NCBI GenBank assembly: GCA_016932735.1
Contig: JAFGCI010000004.1
Location: forward strand, 124,711-188,710
Direction: 5' to 3'
Source: Candidatus Aenigmatarchaeota archaeon
Lineage (GTDB): Archaea > Aenigmatarchaeota > Aenigmatarchaeia > QMZP01 > QMZT01
Length of the DNA: 64,000 bases
The first letter of the stretch is position 1; each line of letters starts with the position of its first letter. Both the position numbers and the translations under genes were made by a program. Below, piece after piece: positions 1-8,030 of the stretch. The notes below the pieces were generated by a model that worked only from the letters and a program-made list of their open reading frames with translations, ran no database searches and was not told where the DNA came from.

Positions 1-304
1 GGACGTTCTGTACTGTTCCCTGCGTACCGTTTCTTTCAAAAGTCCTTATATCGGTTATTTTTGCAATTTTGCAGTTGAGATCGACAGAAAACATACCCGG
101 AACGACGTCCCGTGCCTTGAGGTTTCTGGCCTGTTCTTCGAGCAAAGTCAGGCCCAGTTCCCTTGCGATTATATATGCAGCCCCCTCCTCAGATACGAGA
201 CCGGAAAGCTCGTCCTGTTTTTCTTCAATCATCTTTTTTATTTCGTCTTCACTATATTCGGATTTCTTTGAAATTTCCATTATGAGCTCTTCAAGTGACA
301 GCAT
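1..304 (-). CDS. N-terminal part of an RPA/SSB-like single-stranded-DNA-binding protein; the gene continues beyond the window start
   Basis: Reverse-strand translation from the ATG at 304-302 gives MLSLEELIMEISKKSEYSEDEIKKMIEEKQDELSGLVSEEGAAYIIARELGL..., resembling the N-terminal domain of euryarchaeal RPA/SSB proteins. There is no stop codon before the window edge. The plus-strand ORF 69-308 is low-complexity and is the shadow of this gene. Confidence 0.4.
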   Translation of the reverse strand, partial: MLSLEELIMEISKKSEYSEDEIKKMIEEKQDELSGLVSEEGAAYIIARELGLTLLEEQARNLKARDVVPGMFSVDLNCKIAKITDIRTFERNGTQGTVQNV

Positions 305-363
305 ATAAATTAGTTAATATAAAACCTTTTAAGGCTTTTAATGGTTAATATCGGGGAGGTTTA

Positions 364-1527
364 TCATAATTTTCTGAGAAGAAACATTTCTCTTGTGAGC
401 GTCTTTTTCTCTTCACGGAAAGGCTGTTCCAGACCTTCACGCACCTTTGCTTCTTCGAAGCCATGTCGCGTGAATATCTTCCTGAAATTCATGTGAACGT
501 TCTTTGTCTTTGTCCTGTATGAAGGAACGACAATGCAAACATAACCGTCCCTTTTTATAACTCTGGCGAATTCCTTTATTATACTGTCATAAAGCTGTAT
601 ATTCTTATTCAGCATGTGCTTGGCCGTTTTTGGCGAGGAAATCTTCTTTAGCGCAGGGCCAAAGTAGGGCTCTGTAACAATAGCATCCACTTTTTCTTTA
701 ATTAAACCGGATATTTCCGAGGCATCAGAAACAAAAAGGGAATCTGTGAAATTATATCTTTTTAATCCATACTCTTCAATAACCCAGTTCAGGTTTCTTT
801 TTGTACTTAAAACCATTTTTGAATCGATATCGGAGCCTATTATGCTGGCATCCATCAATACTGCCTCCTGCAATATTATGCCCGTTCCGCAGAAGGGATC
901 CATAATCCTTGTATTTTCTTTGACGCCTGCCAGATTGAGCATTATTTTTGCGAGTCTTATGGGAATACCGATTGTAGAGACAGTTACTGGTTTATTCTCA
1001 TCCCTCTTTTTGAATTCAAGCGGATTATTGAAAGAGCATGTAGATCCAACATATAATAAATCGCCTCTGAAAAAAAGTACAATATCAATTATATCTTTTC
1101 TTGATAAATGAACGGGGCTGACCTCTCCTTTGAAATTAATAAATCGGGATTTTAATCCTTCTTTTTTCAATATATCTTTAATATTCTTCTGAAGAATCTG
1201 AATCTCGTTTTTGTTTTTCATAAGCCATGATTTTGATTTACCGTATACGCTCATACCGAAGACGGCTTTTTCACCACCCCTGCCAACGTCTTTTGAAACA
1301 TCAATCATATAAGGATCGAATTTCTCAAACATTTCAGAGATTTTAATGATTTTTATTGTCCCCCCCAATACATTGGCGTCTGGTATATTATCACTTTTAA
1401 CTAGCGCCGCGTTCTCCGATATCATTGTTAAATCCAGATTCCAGTTCCTGTGCCTGTAATACATTGTTATCTCAGAAACTGAGAGAGGCCTGTTTTTTCC
1501 AAGAAGAAATATGTATTCTTGCATCAT
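364..1527 (-). CDS. THUMP-domain class I SAM-dependent RNA methyltransferase (putative tRNA guanine-N2 methyltransferase, Trm14/TrmN-like)
   Basis: 387 aa. The C-terminal half carries a Rossmann methyltransferase motif (IMDPFCGTGIILQEAVLMDASIIGSDID). The N-terminal half is THUMP-like. This architecture is typical of archaeal tRNA m2G methylases. Confidence 0.6.
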   Translation of the reverse strand: MMQEYIFLLGKNRPLSVSEITMYYRHRNWNLDLTMISENAALVKSDNIPDANVLGGTIKIIKISEMFEKFDPYMIDVSKDVGRGGEKAVFGMSVYGKSKSWLMKNKNEIQILQKNIKDILKKEGLKSRFINFKGEVSPVHLSRKDIIDIVLFFRGDLLYVGSTCSFNNPLEFKKRDENKPVTVSTIGIPIRLAKIMLNLAGVKENTRIMDPFCGTGIILQEAVLMDASIIGSDIDSKMVLSTKRNLNWVIEEYGLKRYNFTDSLFVSDASEISGLIKEKVDAIVTEPYFGPALKKISSPKTAKHMLNKNIQLYDSIIKEFARVIKRDGYVCIVVPSYRTKTKNVHMNFRKIFTRHGFEEAKVREGLEQPFREEKKTLTREMFLLRKL

Positions 1528-1556
1528 ATTTAATATTCTCTACTCATTATAAATGA

Positions 1557-1985
1557 ATGTCATACAAATATCTGGAAGATATAGCCACGGCAGACATAGC
1601 ATTCGAGGCCGTTGGGAGGACAACCGAAGAGGCCTTTGAGAACGCTGCAAAGGCGACGTTTAATATAATCACAGATATAAAAGACGTAAAGAGAGAAACA
1701 GAAAAGAAACTCGTGTTTGATGCAGAGGATTTAAAGGCATTGTTATTTGAATGGATAGACGGGCTTTTATTCTATTGGGATTCAGAAAATCTCATTTTTT
1801 CGGATTTTGTCGTTAAAATAAAAGAAGCATCAGGACGCTACAATATGGAGGCTACGGCCAAAGGCGAACCGTTCGACCCCAAAAGGCATGAAGTCAAACA
1901 GAATGTAAAATCTCCAACATATCATCTTATGGAAATAGAAAACCAAAAAGACAGATGCAAAATCAGGATGGTAATTGACATTTAA
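1557..1985 (+). CDS. Archease (activator of the RtcB RNA ligase)
   Basis: 142 aa, MSYKYLEDIATADIAFEAVGRTTEEAFENAAKATFNIITD...GEPFDPKRHEVKQNVKSPTYHLMEIE, matching the conserved archease fold motifs. An rtcB gene lies 2 kb away. Confidence 0.75.
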   Translation: MSYKYLEDIATADIAFEAVGRTTEEAFENAAKATFNIITDIKDVKRETEKKLVFDAEDLKALLFEWIDGLLFYWDSENLIFSDFVVKIKEASGRYNMEATAKGEPFDPKRHEVKQNVKSPTYHLMEIENQKDRCKIRMVIDI

Positions 1986-3673
1986 TCCATCATCTTGAGA
2001 CCGCTTGCCGATTCCTTCAGTTTATTTTTCTTTTTAATCTTGTTTTCACCCTTTGTCGGCGGTATATCACTGTTGACCCAGTCCATAAGCACCGGGCTGT
2101 CTTTGTAATATAAATTCACATATTTTGAGACTTCCTGGAAATCTATTACATTATGATTTCTCATCCATGTGAGTATTTTTTTCCTCGTTTCCAGCTCACT
2201 TTCCATATGTTGGTAAGACACACCGCTCGCATGACTGATTTTTCTGAGCATATGAGATTCAATCATGTTCTTTTCATAAGCATCAGATGACGGAACCCAC
2301 TCAAAAGTTTTAACTGTTCTGGCATTGCCGCTGACCTTGTCTATTGATTCAACCTCATGTATTTCTTTCACTCTTCGGGCGGAATCTCCCTTTTCCCTGG
2401 CTCTTGCCATTATGATTATTATATCCAAGGTTTCTATGAGGCCGGGGGATAATTCTATCGGGGGCGTCTCAAGCCTTTTGATTACATCCTCAATTGAACC
2501 GGCATGTATGGTTCCCATCGATGCATGTCCCGATGCCATTCCCTGAAACATTACGTAAGCCTCCTTGCCTCTTACTTCACCCACTATGACATAATCGGGA
2601 TTCTGCCTGAAAGATTCTCTGAGCAGGTCAAAAAGGCTGACTTCACCATAAATCTTTCCGCCGATTTCAGGGATTCCGAAACCGATTCTTGAAACAGACG
2701 GAATCCAGTTTTCATGAGGCAGGTTCAGTTCCCTTGTATCTTCTATTGAAACAATCTTATTTTCGGGTGGTATGAACATTGTTATAGCATTGAGCAATGT
2801 AGTCTTACCAGATGAAACGCCACCACAAATCAAAAGAGATGCCCTGTATTCCATCATTATCCATAAATATGCCATCAGTTCAGGTGAAGCCGTGTTCAGG
2901 TTTATGAGCTCTATGGGGGATAATGGCTCTTCTCTGAACTTTCTTATTGAAAATGTTGGTCCGTGTGTAGTAACATCCTTTGCAAGAGTCGCCTGGACCC
3001 TGGAGCCGTCCGGCAGGCTTCCGTCGAGTAAAGGCATTGCATAAGAAATATAACGGCCGCATCTCTCGGCAAGTTTTATTACAAATTTTCCAAGATTCTC
3101 GTTGTTCTCTAATCTGATATTTGTCTTAATGGAACCGAATCTTCTGTGGGTAACGAACATATTTGTGGTCGTTCCGTCGCAGCCGATGTCTTCAATATAC
3201 GGATCATGCATCAACGGCTCAATCTCATTCAGTCCTGCAAAATCCCTGAAAATATAATACATTATCTTTGTGTAGGAGTCGGGGCCTACTACTATATTCT
3301 CATCGTCTATTATCTCAGAGACTTTCGATTTCAGGTAATTGAAAGTTTCATTCTTTTTCTTGACAACCGATAAGCTTACATCAATAACCTCAAGGAGATC
3401 GTTTTTAATTTTTTCCATAACGTCTTTTTCTTTCTTTGTAAGTTCAGGTTCCTGAGCGTAATAGATTATACATTTTTCCTCTTTATCCCATTTTATTTTT
3501 GCTGTGACAAAAGGTTCTATAAGAGGATATGTAACGTCAACTTTACTCTTTTCCTTGAAAATGGGTAAGATAACAATGTGTTTTGCATCCCTTATATGGA
3601 CGTCAGGGTAATCGACTTTCATTTTCCCTCTAAGTTTATCAATTTTCTCCCTGAGCAGCCCACGAAAACTCAT
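1982..3673 (-). CDS. FlaI/PilB/GspE-family secretion ATPase (archaeal type IV pilus or archaellum assembly ATPase)
   Basis: 563 aa. Walker A GGVSSGKTTLLNA, Walker B/Asp box DYVIVGEVRGKEA, His box GHASMGTIHA. The N-terminal domain is typical of archaeal FlaI-like ATPases. Confidence 0.85.
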   Translation of the reverse strand: MSFRGLLREKIDKLRGKMKVDYPDVHIRDAKHIVILPIFKEKSKVDVTYPLIEPFVTAKIKWDKEEKCIIYYAQEPELTKKEKDVMEKIKNDLLEVIDVSLSVVKKKNETFNYLKSKVSEIIDDENIVVGPDSYTKIMYYIFRDFAGLNEIEPLMHDPYIEDIGCDGTTTNMFVTHRRFGSIKTNIRLENNENLGKFVIKLAERCGRYISYAMPLLDGSLPDGSRVQATLAKDVTTHGPTFSIRKFREEPLSPIELINLNTASPELMAYLWIMMEYRASLLICGGVSSGKTTLLNAITMFIPPENKIVSIEDTRELNLPHENWIPSVSRIGFGIPEIGGKIYGEVSLFDLLRESFRQNPDYVIVGEVRGKEAYVMFQGMASGHASMGTIHAGSIEDVIKRLETPPIELSPGLIETLDIIIIMARAREKGDSARRVKEIHEVESIDKVSGNARTVKTFEWVPSSDAYEKNMIESHMLRKISHASGVSYQHMESELETRKKILTWMRNHNVIDFQEVSKYVNLYYKDSPVLMDWVNSDIPPTKGENKIKKKNKLKESASGLKMMD

Positions 3674-3677
3674 TCAT

Positions 3678-3944
3678 TCACCGAGAAGTTCTTCCGGTCT
3701 TCTTTCTTGTAATTTTTCTGTGTCTTGAGCATGCAGGGCACGCATAAACTTTGCTTGACGCAAATGCCATACCCTTGTTTCCAAGCTCTTTTCTTACAAG
3801 AGGATCATTTATCCTGAAACCTCTGAAAACGGGGATACATTTATATTTTGGTACCTGCCTTCCGCAGAATCCGCACGTTACGGTTGTTTCCTTTCCTCTG
3901 CCCTTCGTGTGTTCATATCCTCTTTTATAAGCTTTTCCTGCCAT
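3678..3944 (-). CDS. rps26e: 30S ribosomal protein S26e
   Basis: 88 aa. The TKGRGKETTVTCGFCGRQVPKYKCIPVF...VYACPACSRHRKITRKK pattern aligns by eye with eukaryotic/archaeal S26e ([28 protein letters not shown]...YCVSCAIHSKVVRNRSRE). Confidence 0.65.
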   Translation of the reverse strand: MAGKAYKRGYEHTKGRGKETTVTCGFCGRQVPKYKCIPVFRGFRINDPLVRKELGNKGMAFASSKVYACPACSRHRKITRKKTGRTSR

Positions 3945-4006
3945 TACATCCCTCTTTATTATAATATAAGATTATAGGTTTTGCTGTTATTTATAAGAGA
4001 AAGCAT

Positions 4007-5476
4007 TTATCCTTTTATGACGCCAACGGGCTTCATTTTTGCCACAACTTTCCCTATTCCGGTCGAATTTGAAATGTTGATAACTTCATCAACATCTTTG
4101 TAAGCGCCTGGTGCTTCCTCTGCCACTCCACTCCACGACATTGATTTCAGAGATATTCCCATTTCAGCGAGGTCGCTTTTTACTTTTTCTCCTCTGTAGA
4201 TGTTCTTTGCCTTTACTCTTGACATAAGCCTTCCTGCTCCATGTGCAGTGCTTCCGAAAGATTTATCGAGGGCGCCCTGTGTTCCCACAAGAAGATAAGA
4301 AGCCGTTCCCATGGAACCCGGAATGAGGACCGGCTGGCCAACCTTCTGGTAAACTGAAGGAACGTTCTCATGACCCGCGGGCAGGGAACGGGTTGCACCC
4401 TTTCTATGAATAATGACTTCTCTCACTTTTCCGTCTATCTTGTGCTTTTCTAATTTTCCTATGTTATGGCATATGTCATATACAATATTCATTCCCAAAT
4501 CCTCCGGGGATTTCCCCAAAACCATCGACAGGCTCTCCCTGATCCAGTGAGTTATCATTTGCCTGTTGGCGAAAGCGTAATTGGCTGCAGCCGACATTGA
4601 AGCAAAATATTCCTGACCTATTTTTGACTGGAAGGGAGCGTTTATCAGTTCCCTGTCAGGAAGTTTTGAAACACCTTCAGTCCCGAGTTCTTTTTCCATT
4701 CTCCTCAGGAAATCGGTTGCGACCTGATGGCCAAATCCCCTCGAACCGGTGTGTATCATGACCATTATCTGACCTTCTTCTGAAACACCGAAGGCTTCCG
4801 CTGTTTTTTTATCAAAAATCTTTTCGACTTTCTGTATTTCCATAAAATGGTTTCCCGCGCCAAGCGAGCCTAGTTGAGGAGAGCCTCTTTTATATGTCCT
4901 TTCATTAAGTGCGGCTTCGCTTCTTGCTGTTTTCATTTCTCCGTTTTCTTCAAGCCTTTCGAGATCCTCTTCCCAGCCATAACCATTCTCAATTGCCCAT
5001 CTGGCACCGCTTTCCAGAACGTTTGCAAGGTCTTTTTCCATAAGCTTGTCTATCCTTCCCTTGCTTCCGACACCGGCAGGCACATTCTTGTAAATAGAAT
5101 TAAGGATATCATTCATCTTGGATTTCGTTTCATCATATTCCAGATTCGTTCTGATAAGGCGGACACCACAATTAATATCATAGCCTATCCCCCCCGGCGA
5201 TATTATGCCTTCATTCACATCAAATGCTGCAACGCCTCCTATAGGAAAGCCATAGCCAAAATGCATGTCCGGCATCGCCAAAGAATATTTTTGAATTCCG
5301 GGAAGGCACGCAACATTGACGGCTTGTTGTATTGCTCCGTCCTCTATGAAATCCATAAATTTTTTTGATGTGAAAATCCTTGCGGGAACATTCATTCTTT
5401 TGTCGTGTTTAATACTGAGCTCCCATATATCATTCTCAACTTCAACGAGATTCTTCTTCAGATTATTTTCAGCCAT
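4007..5476 (-). CDS. rtcB: RtcB RNA 3'-phosphate/tRNA-splicing ligase
   Basis: 489 aa with hallmark RtcB motifs: GYGFPIGG, DINCGVRL, HTGSRGFGHQVATD, NISNSTGI, HGAGR. Full length, with no intein. Confidence 0.9.
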   Translation of the reverse strand: MAENNLKKNLVEVENDIWELSIKHDKRMNVPARIFTSKKFMDFIEDGAIQQAVNVACLPGIQKYSLAMPDMHFGYGFPIGGVAAFDVNEGIISPGGIGYDINCGVRLIRTNLEYDETKSKMNDILNSIYKNVPAGVGSKGRIDKLMEKDLANVLESGARWAIENGYGWEEDLERLEENGEMKTARSEAALNERTYKRGSPQLGSLGAGNHFMEIQKVEKIFDKKTAEAFGVSEEGQIMVMIHTGSRGFGHQVATDFLRRMEKELGTEGVSKLPDRELINAPFQSKIGQEYFASMSAAANYAFANRQMITHWIRESLSMVLGKSPEDLGMNIVYDICHNIGKLEKHKIDGKVREVIIHRKGATRSLPAGHENVPSVYQKVGQPVLIPGSMGTASYLLVGTQGALDKSFGSTAHGAGRLMSRVKAKNIYRGEKVKSDLAEMGISLKSMSWSGVAEEAPGAYKDVDEVINISNSTGIGKVVAKMKPVGVIKG

Positions 5477-5539
5477 GAAACCACCTTCACAATAATATTA
5501 AATTTAACGGGATGATATTATAAGGGAAATGTTTAATAA

Positions 5540-6700
5540 GTGAATTACATGAGATTGGTTTATCTTGATAATGCCGCTTCGACGAGAGTCGATGAAAGAG
5601 TAACAGAGGAAATGATACCTTATTTTAATGATAAGTATGCAGTAGCGACATCTGTTTTCAGCTACAGGATGGGACTTGAATCAAAAAAAGCTATTGATTC
5701 AGCCAGGAAAATAATAGCCGAAAAGATTAACGCGTCTTCTGATGAGATAATATTCACTTCCGGAGAAACCGAAAGCAACAATATAGCAATACTCGGCACT
5801 TCCGGAAAAAACAAAGGTAAGAGCCATATAATAACCACGAAAACAGAGCATCTTTCTGTTTTAAAAACCATAGAAAAGCTCAAAGAAGGGGGCTTTTTGG
5901 TAAGTTATGTTCCAGTCGATAAAGAGGGCTTTATAGACTGTAATGCACTTAAAAAATCAATAAAAAAGGAAACTCTTATGGTGGCAATATGTCACGCAAA
6001 CGAGGAAATAGGAACCATACAGAACATAGAAAAGATAGGAAAAATTTGCAGAGAAAAAAAAATACTTTTTCATGTTGACGCCACTCAAACTTTCACGAAG
6101 ATGCCTATTGATGTAGAAAAACTTAATATAACAACACTCACTTTATCCGGCCATACGATACACGGCCCGAAGGGAGCCGGGGCCCTCTTCATAAAAAAGG
6201 GAACTAAAATAGACAAAATAATGCACGGCGGTTTCAATGAATATGATTTAAGGCCGGGTACAGAGAACGTGCCTGCAATAGTCGGCTTCGGTGAAGCAGT
6301 CCGGATTTCCGGAAAGGACTGCAAAAAAGTTTCTGTATTAAGGGACTATCTTATAGAAAGAATAACAAATGAAATCCCCGATATAAAGATAAACGGCCCT
6401 TTGGGTAAAGACAGATTATGCAATAACGTGAACATTTCATTCCATCATGTAGAAGGCGAGTCAATCCTTCTCAGGCTTGATATGAAAGGCATATGCGTCT
6501 CTACGGGTTCGGCATGCTTTTCGAGAAGCCTTGAGATGAGCCCGACAATGAAAGCAATTGGCAATAATCACGAGCTTTCTCACGGCTCCATCAGGTTCAC
6601 ACTGAGTAAATACACAACAAAAGAAGAGATCGATTATACGGTTGAATCGCTTAAGAAGATTATAAAAGAGTTGAGAAAGATAAGCCCATTAGGGAAATAA
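5540..6700 (+). CDS. Cysteine desulfurase (class V aminotransferase, NifS/IscS family)
   Basis: 386 aa. MNYMRLVYLDNAASTRVDERV... N-terminus, PLP-binding lysine context LTLSGHTIHGPKGAGALF, active-site Cys loop STGSAC. An IscU-like gene follows directly. Confidence 0.85.
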   Translation: MNYMRLVYLDNAASTRVDERVTEEMIPYFNDKYAVATSVFSYRMGLESKKAIDSARKIIAEKINASSDEIIFTSGETESNNIAILGTSGKNKGKSHIITTKTEHLSVLKTIEKLKEGGFLVSYVPVDKEGFIDCNALKKSIKKETLMVAICHANEEIGTIQNIEKIGKICREKKILFHVDATQTFTKMPIDVEKLNITTLTLSGHTIHGPKGAGALFIKKGTKIDKIMHGGFNEYDLRPGTENVPAIVGFGEAVRISGKDCKKVSVLRDYLIERITNEIPDIKINGPLGKDRLCNNVNISFHHVEGESILLRLDMKGICVSTGSACFSRSLEMSPTMKAIGNNHELSHGSIRFTLSKYTTKEEIDYTVESLKKIIKELRKISPLGK

Positions 6701-6761
6701 AACTATAAATATAACACTGTTATATATTCTTTTATTAATATTTACCGTTCAATGTGGTCTT

Positions 6762-7403
6762 ATGTCAGTTTCGCCTTATTCGTACAAAGTCATAAAGCAT
6801 TTCCAGAACCCGAAAAACGTTGGAAGGATAAAGAACCCGGATGGGAAGGCAAGCGAAGGAAGTCCCCTCTGTGGTGACATGGTCAGCCTTTATATTAAAG
6901 TTGACCCCGTTTCAAATATAATAACTGATATAAAATTTGAGTCTTACGGATGTGCCTCAAATATAGCTACAGGCTCAATAATAACGGAGCTCGCAAAAGG
7001 AAAGACTTTGAGTGAAGCCAAAAAAATTGACTGGAAGATGGCCTCCGATGAACTGGGCGGTCTCCCTCCGATGAAAGTTCATTGCTCGGTACTTGCGGTC
7101 GAAGCATTAAGGTCGGCAATAAGTAATTATGAAGAGAAGCACGGTCTCGCAAAACCAGAGGACATAGAGCTCAATGAAGATAACGTGAAGAAGAAGCTTA
7201 GTCACGTTATAAACCCAAATATAGGCAAAGACATTATCTTTTCCAAGACTATCAAAAGCTTCAGCATAAAAGAAGGAATAGTTGAAATAGAACTTGACAT
7301 GGATAAGAAAAACCAGTTTTCAAATAACATATCCGATGAAATAAAGGAATCTCTTTCAACGCTGAAAGGACTGAAAAGAACAGAGATAAAATTCTCTGAT
7401 TAG
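6762..7403 (+). CDS. Fe-S cluster scaffold: IscU/NifU-like N-terminal domain fused to a DUF59 (MIP18/SufT-like) C-terminal domain
   Basis: The N-terminal 120 aa carry IscU motifs (GSPLCGDMVSL, YGCASNIATGS, MKVHCSVLAVEALRSA). The C-terminal ~90 aa (IGKDIIFSKTIKSFSIKEGIVEIELDMD) resemble DUF59. Confidence 0.65.
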   Translation: MSVSPYSYKVIKHFQNPKNVGRIKNPDGKASEGSPLCGDMVSLYIKVDPVSNIITDIKFESYGCASNIATGSIITELAKGKTLSEAKKIDWKMASDELGGLPPMKVHCSVLAVEALRSAISNYEEKHGLAKPEDIELNEDNVKKKLSHVINPNIGKDIIFSKTIKSFSIKEGIVEIELDMDKKNQFSNNISDEIKESLSTLKGLKRTEIKFSD

Positions 7404-7897
7404 GCAATGGTTTTCTCTATGATGGACGTTTTTGCGGAAACCGAATCACACGCATTGTTTGTGACTCTTATTTCATTTGCCGTAGCACCCATGTTTCTGT
7501 ATGATGCGCTGCCATCCAGATCGAGTTTGACATAGACGCTTGCCTCTCTTCCGAGTTTTGTCGTTGAAGTTATGTTAGGGCTTAAAGAAATCAGACTATC
7601 GGTCGAGTTGAATTGAAGTATTTCGCTTGTATTATCAATTATAACACCGAATCCATAAATACCCTCAGCGCCCTGGTTTGTTACTTTCATAATAAGATAA
7701 TTATCTCCCGTTTGATTAAAAATAGCCGATTCTATGATGTAATTGGTTCTGATAATACATGCCATGGAGGAGTCGCTTGTCTGATGGCTGACCCACTGTG
7801 TTACCCATGTAGAAAGCATGACCCCCGTCGTGATGGCAACAGCAATCATTATTACGATAGCTATAATAGGAGAAATGCCTTTCATTTTAGAGTGCAT
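7400..7897 (-). CDS. Archaeal type IV pilin / archaellin-like protein with a class III signal peptide
   Basis: The N-terminus MHSKMKGISPIIAIVIMIAVAITTGVML matches the archaeal pilin N-terminal (DUF361-like) signature KG-[IV]-SPIIA. The rest is Ser/Thr/Asn-rich with several N-x-S/T sequons. Confidence 0.6.
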   Translation of the reverse strand: MHSKMKGISPIIAIVIMIAVAITTGVMLSTWVTQWVSHQTSDSSMACIIRTNYIIESAIFNQTGDNYLIMKVTNQGAEGIYGFGVIIDNTSEILQFNSTDSLISLSPNITSTTKLGREASVYVKLDLDGSASYRNMGATANEIRVTNNACDSVSAKTSIIEKTIA

Positions 7898-8018
7898 GAT
7901 AAATTATTGTCGTATCCTTGTAATAAATGTATAACATGGCTGCTATCTAATCTACATATGCAACGTTTAAATATGTCAACTATAAAACTAATCTATTTTA
8001 ATTAGGAATAATTTTAAC

Positions 8019-8023
8019 GGAGG
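8019..8023 (+). promoter_or_regulatory. Shine-Dalgarno-like GGAGG, 7 nt upstream of the ppdK ATG
   Basis: GGAGG is seen directly in the sequence at 8019-8023. The ATG is at 8031. Confidence 0.4.
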
Positions 8024-8030
8024 AGATTAA

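Noticed and set aside
69-308. Plus-strand 79-aa ORF at the window start
   Set aside because: Low-complexity Ser-rich translation. The opposite strand encodes a convincing RPA/SSB-like N-terminus running off the window, so this is a shadow ORF.
4213-5368. Small ORFs 4213-4398 (minus) and 4874-5368 (plus) within rtcB
   Set aside because: They are embedded in or antisense to the highly conserved RtcB frame and have no independent support.
7613-8005. Plus-strand 130-aa ORF
   Set aside because: It overlaps the well-supported minus-strand pilin gene and the ppdK upstream region. Its composition is odd (Cys/His/Asn-rich junk) and it has no RBS or promoter context.
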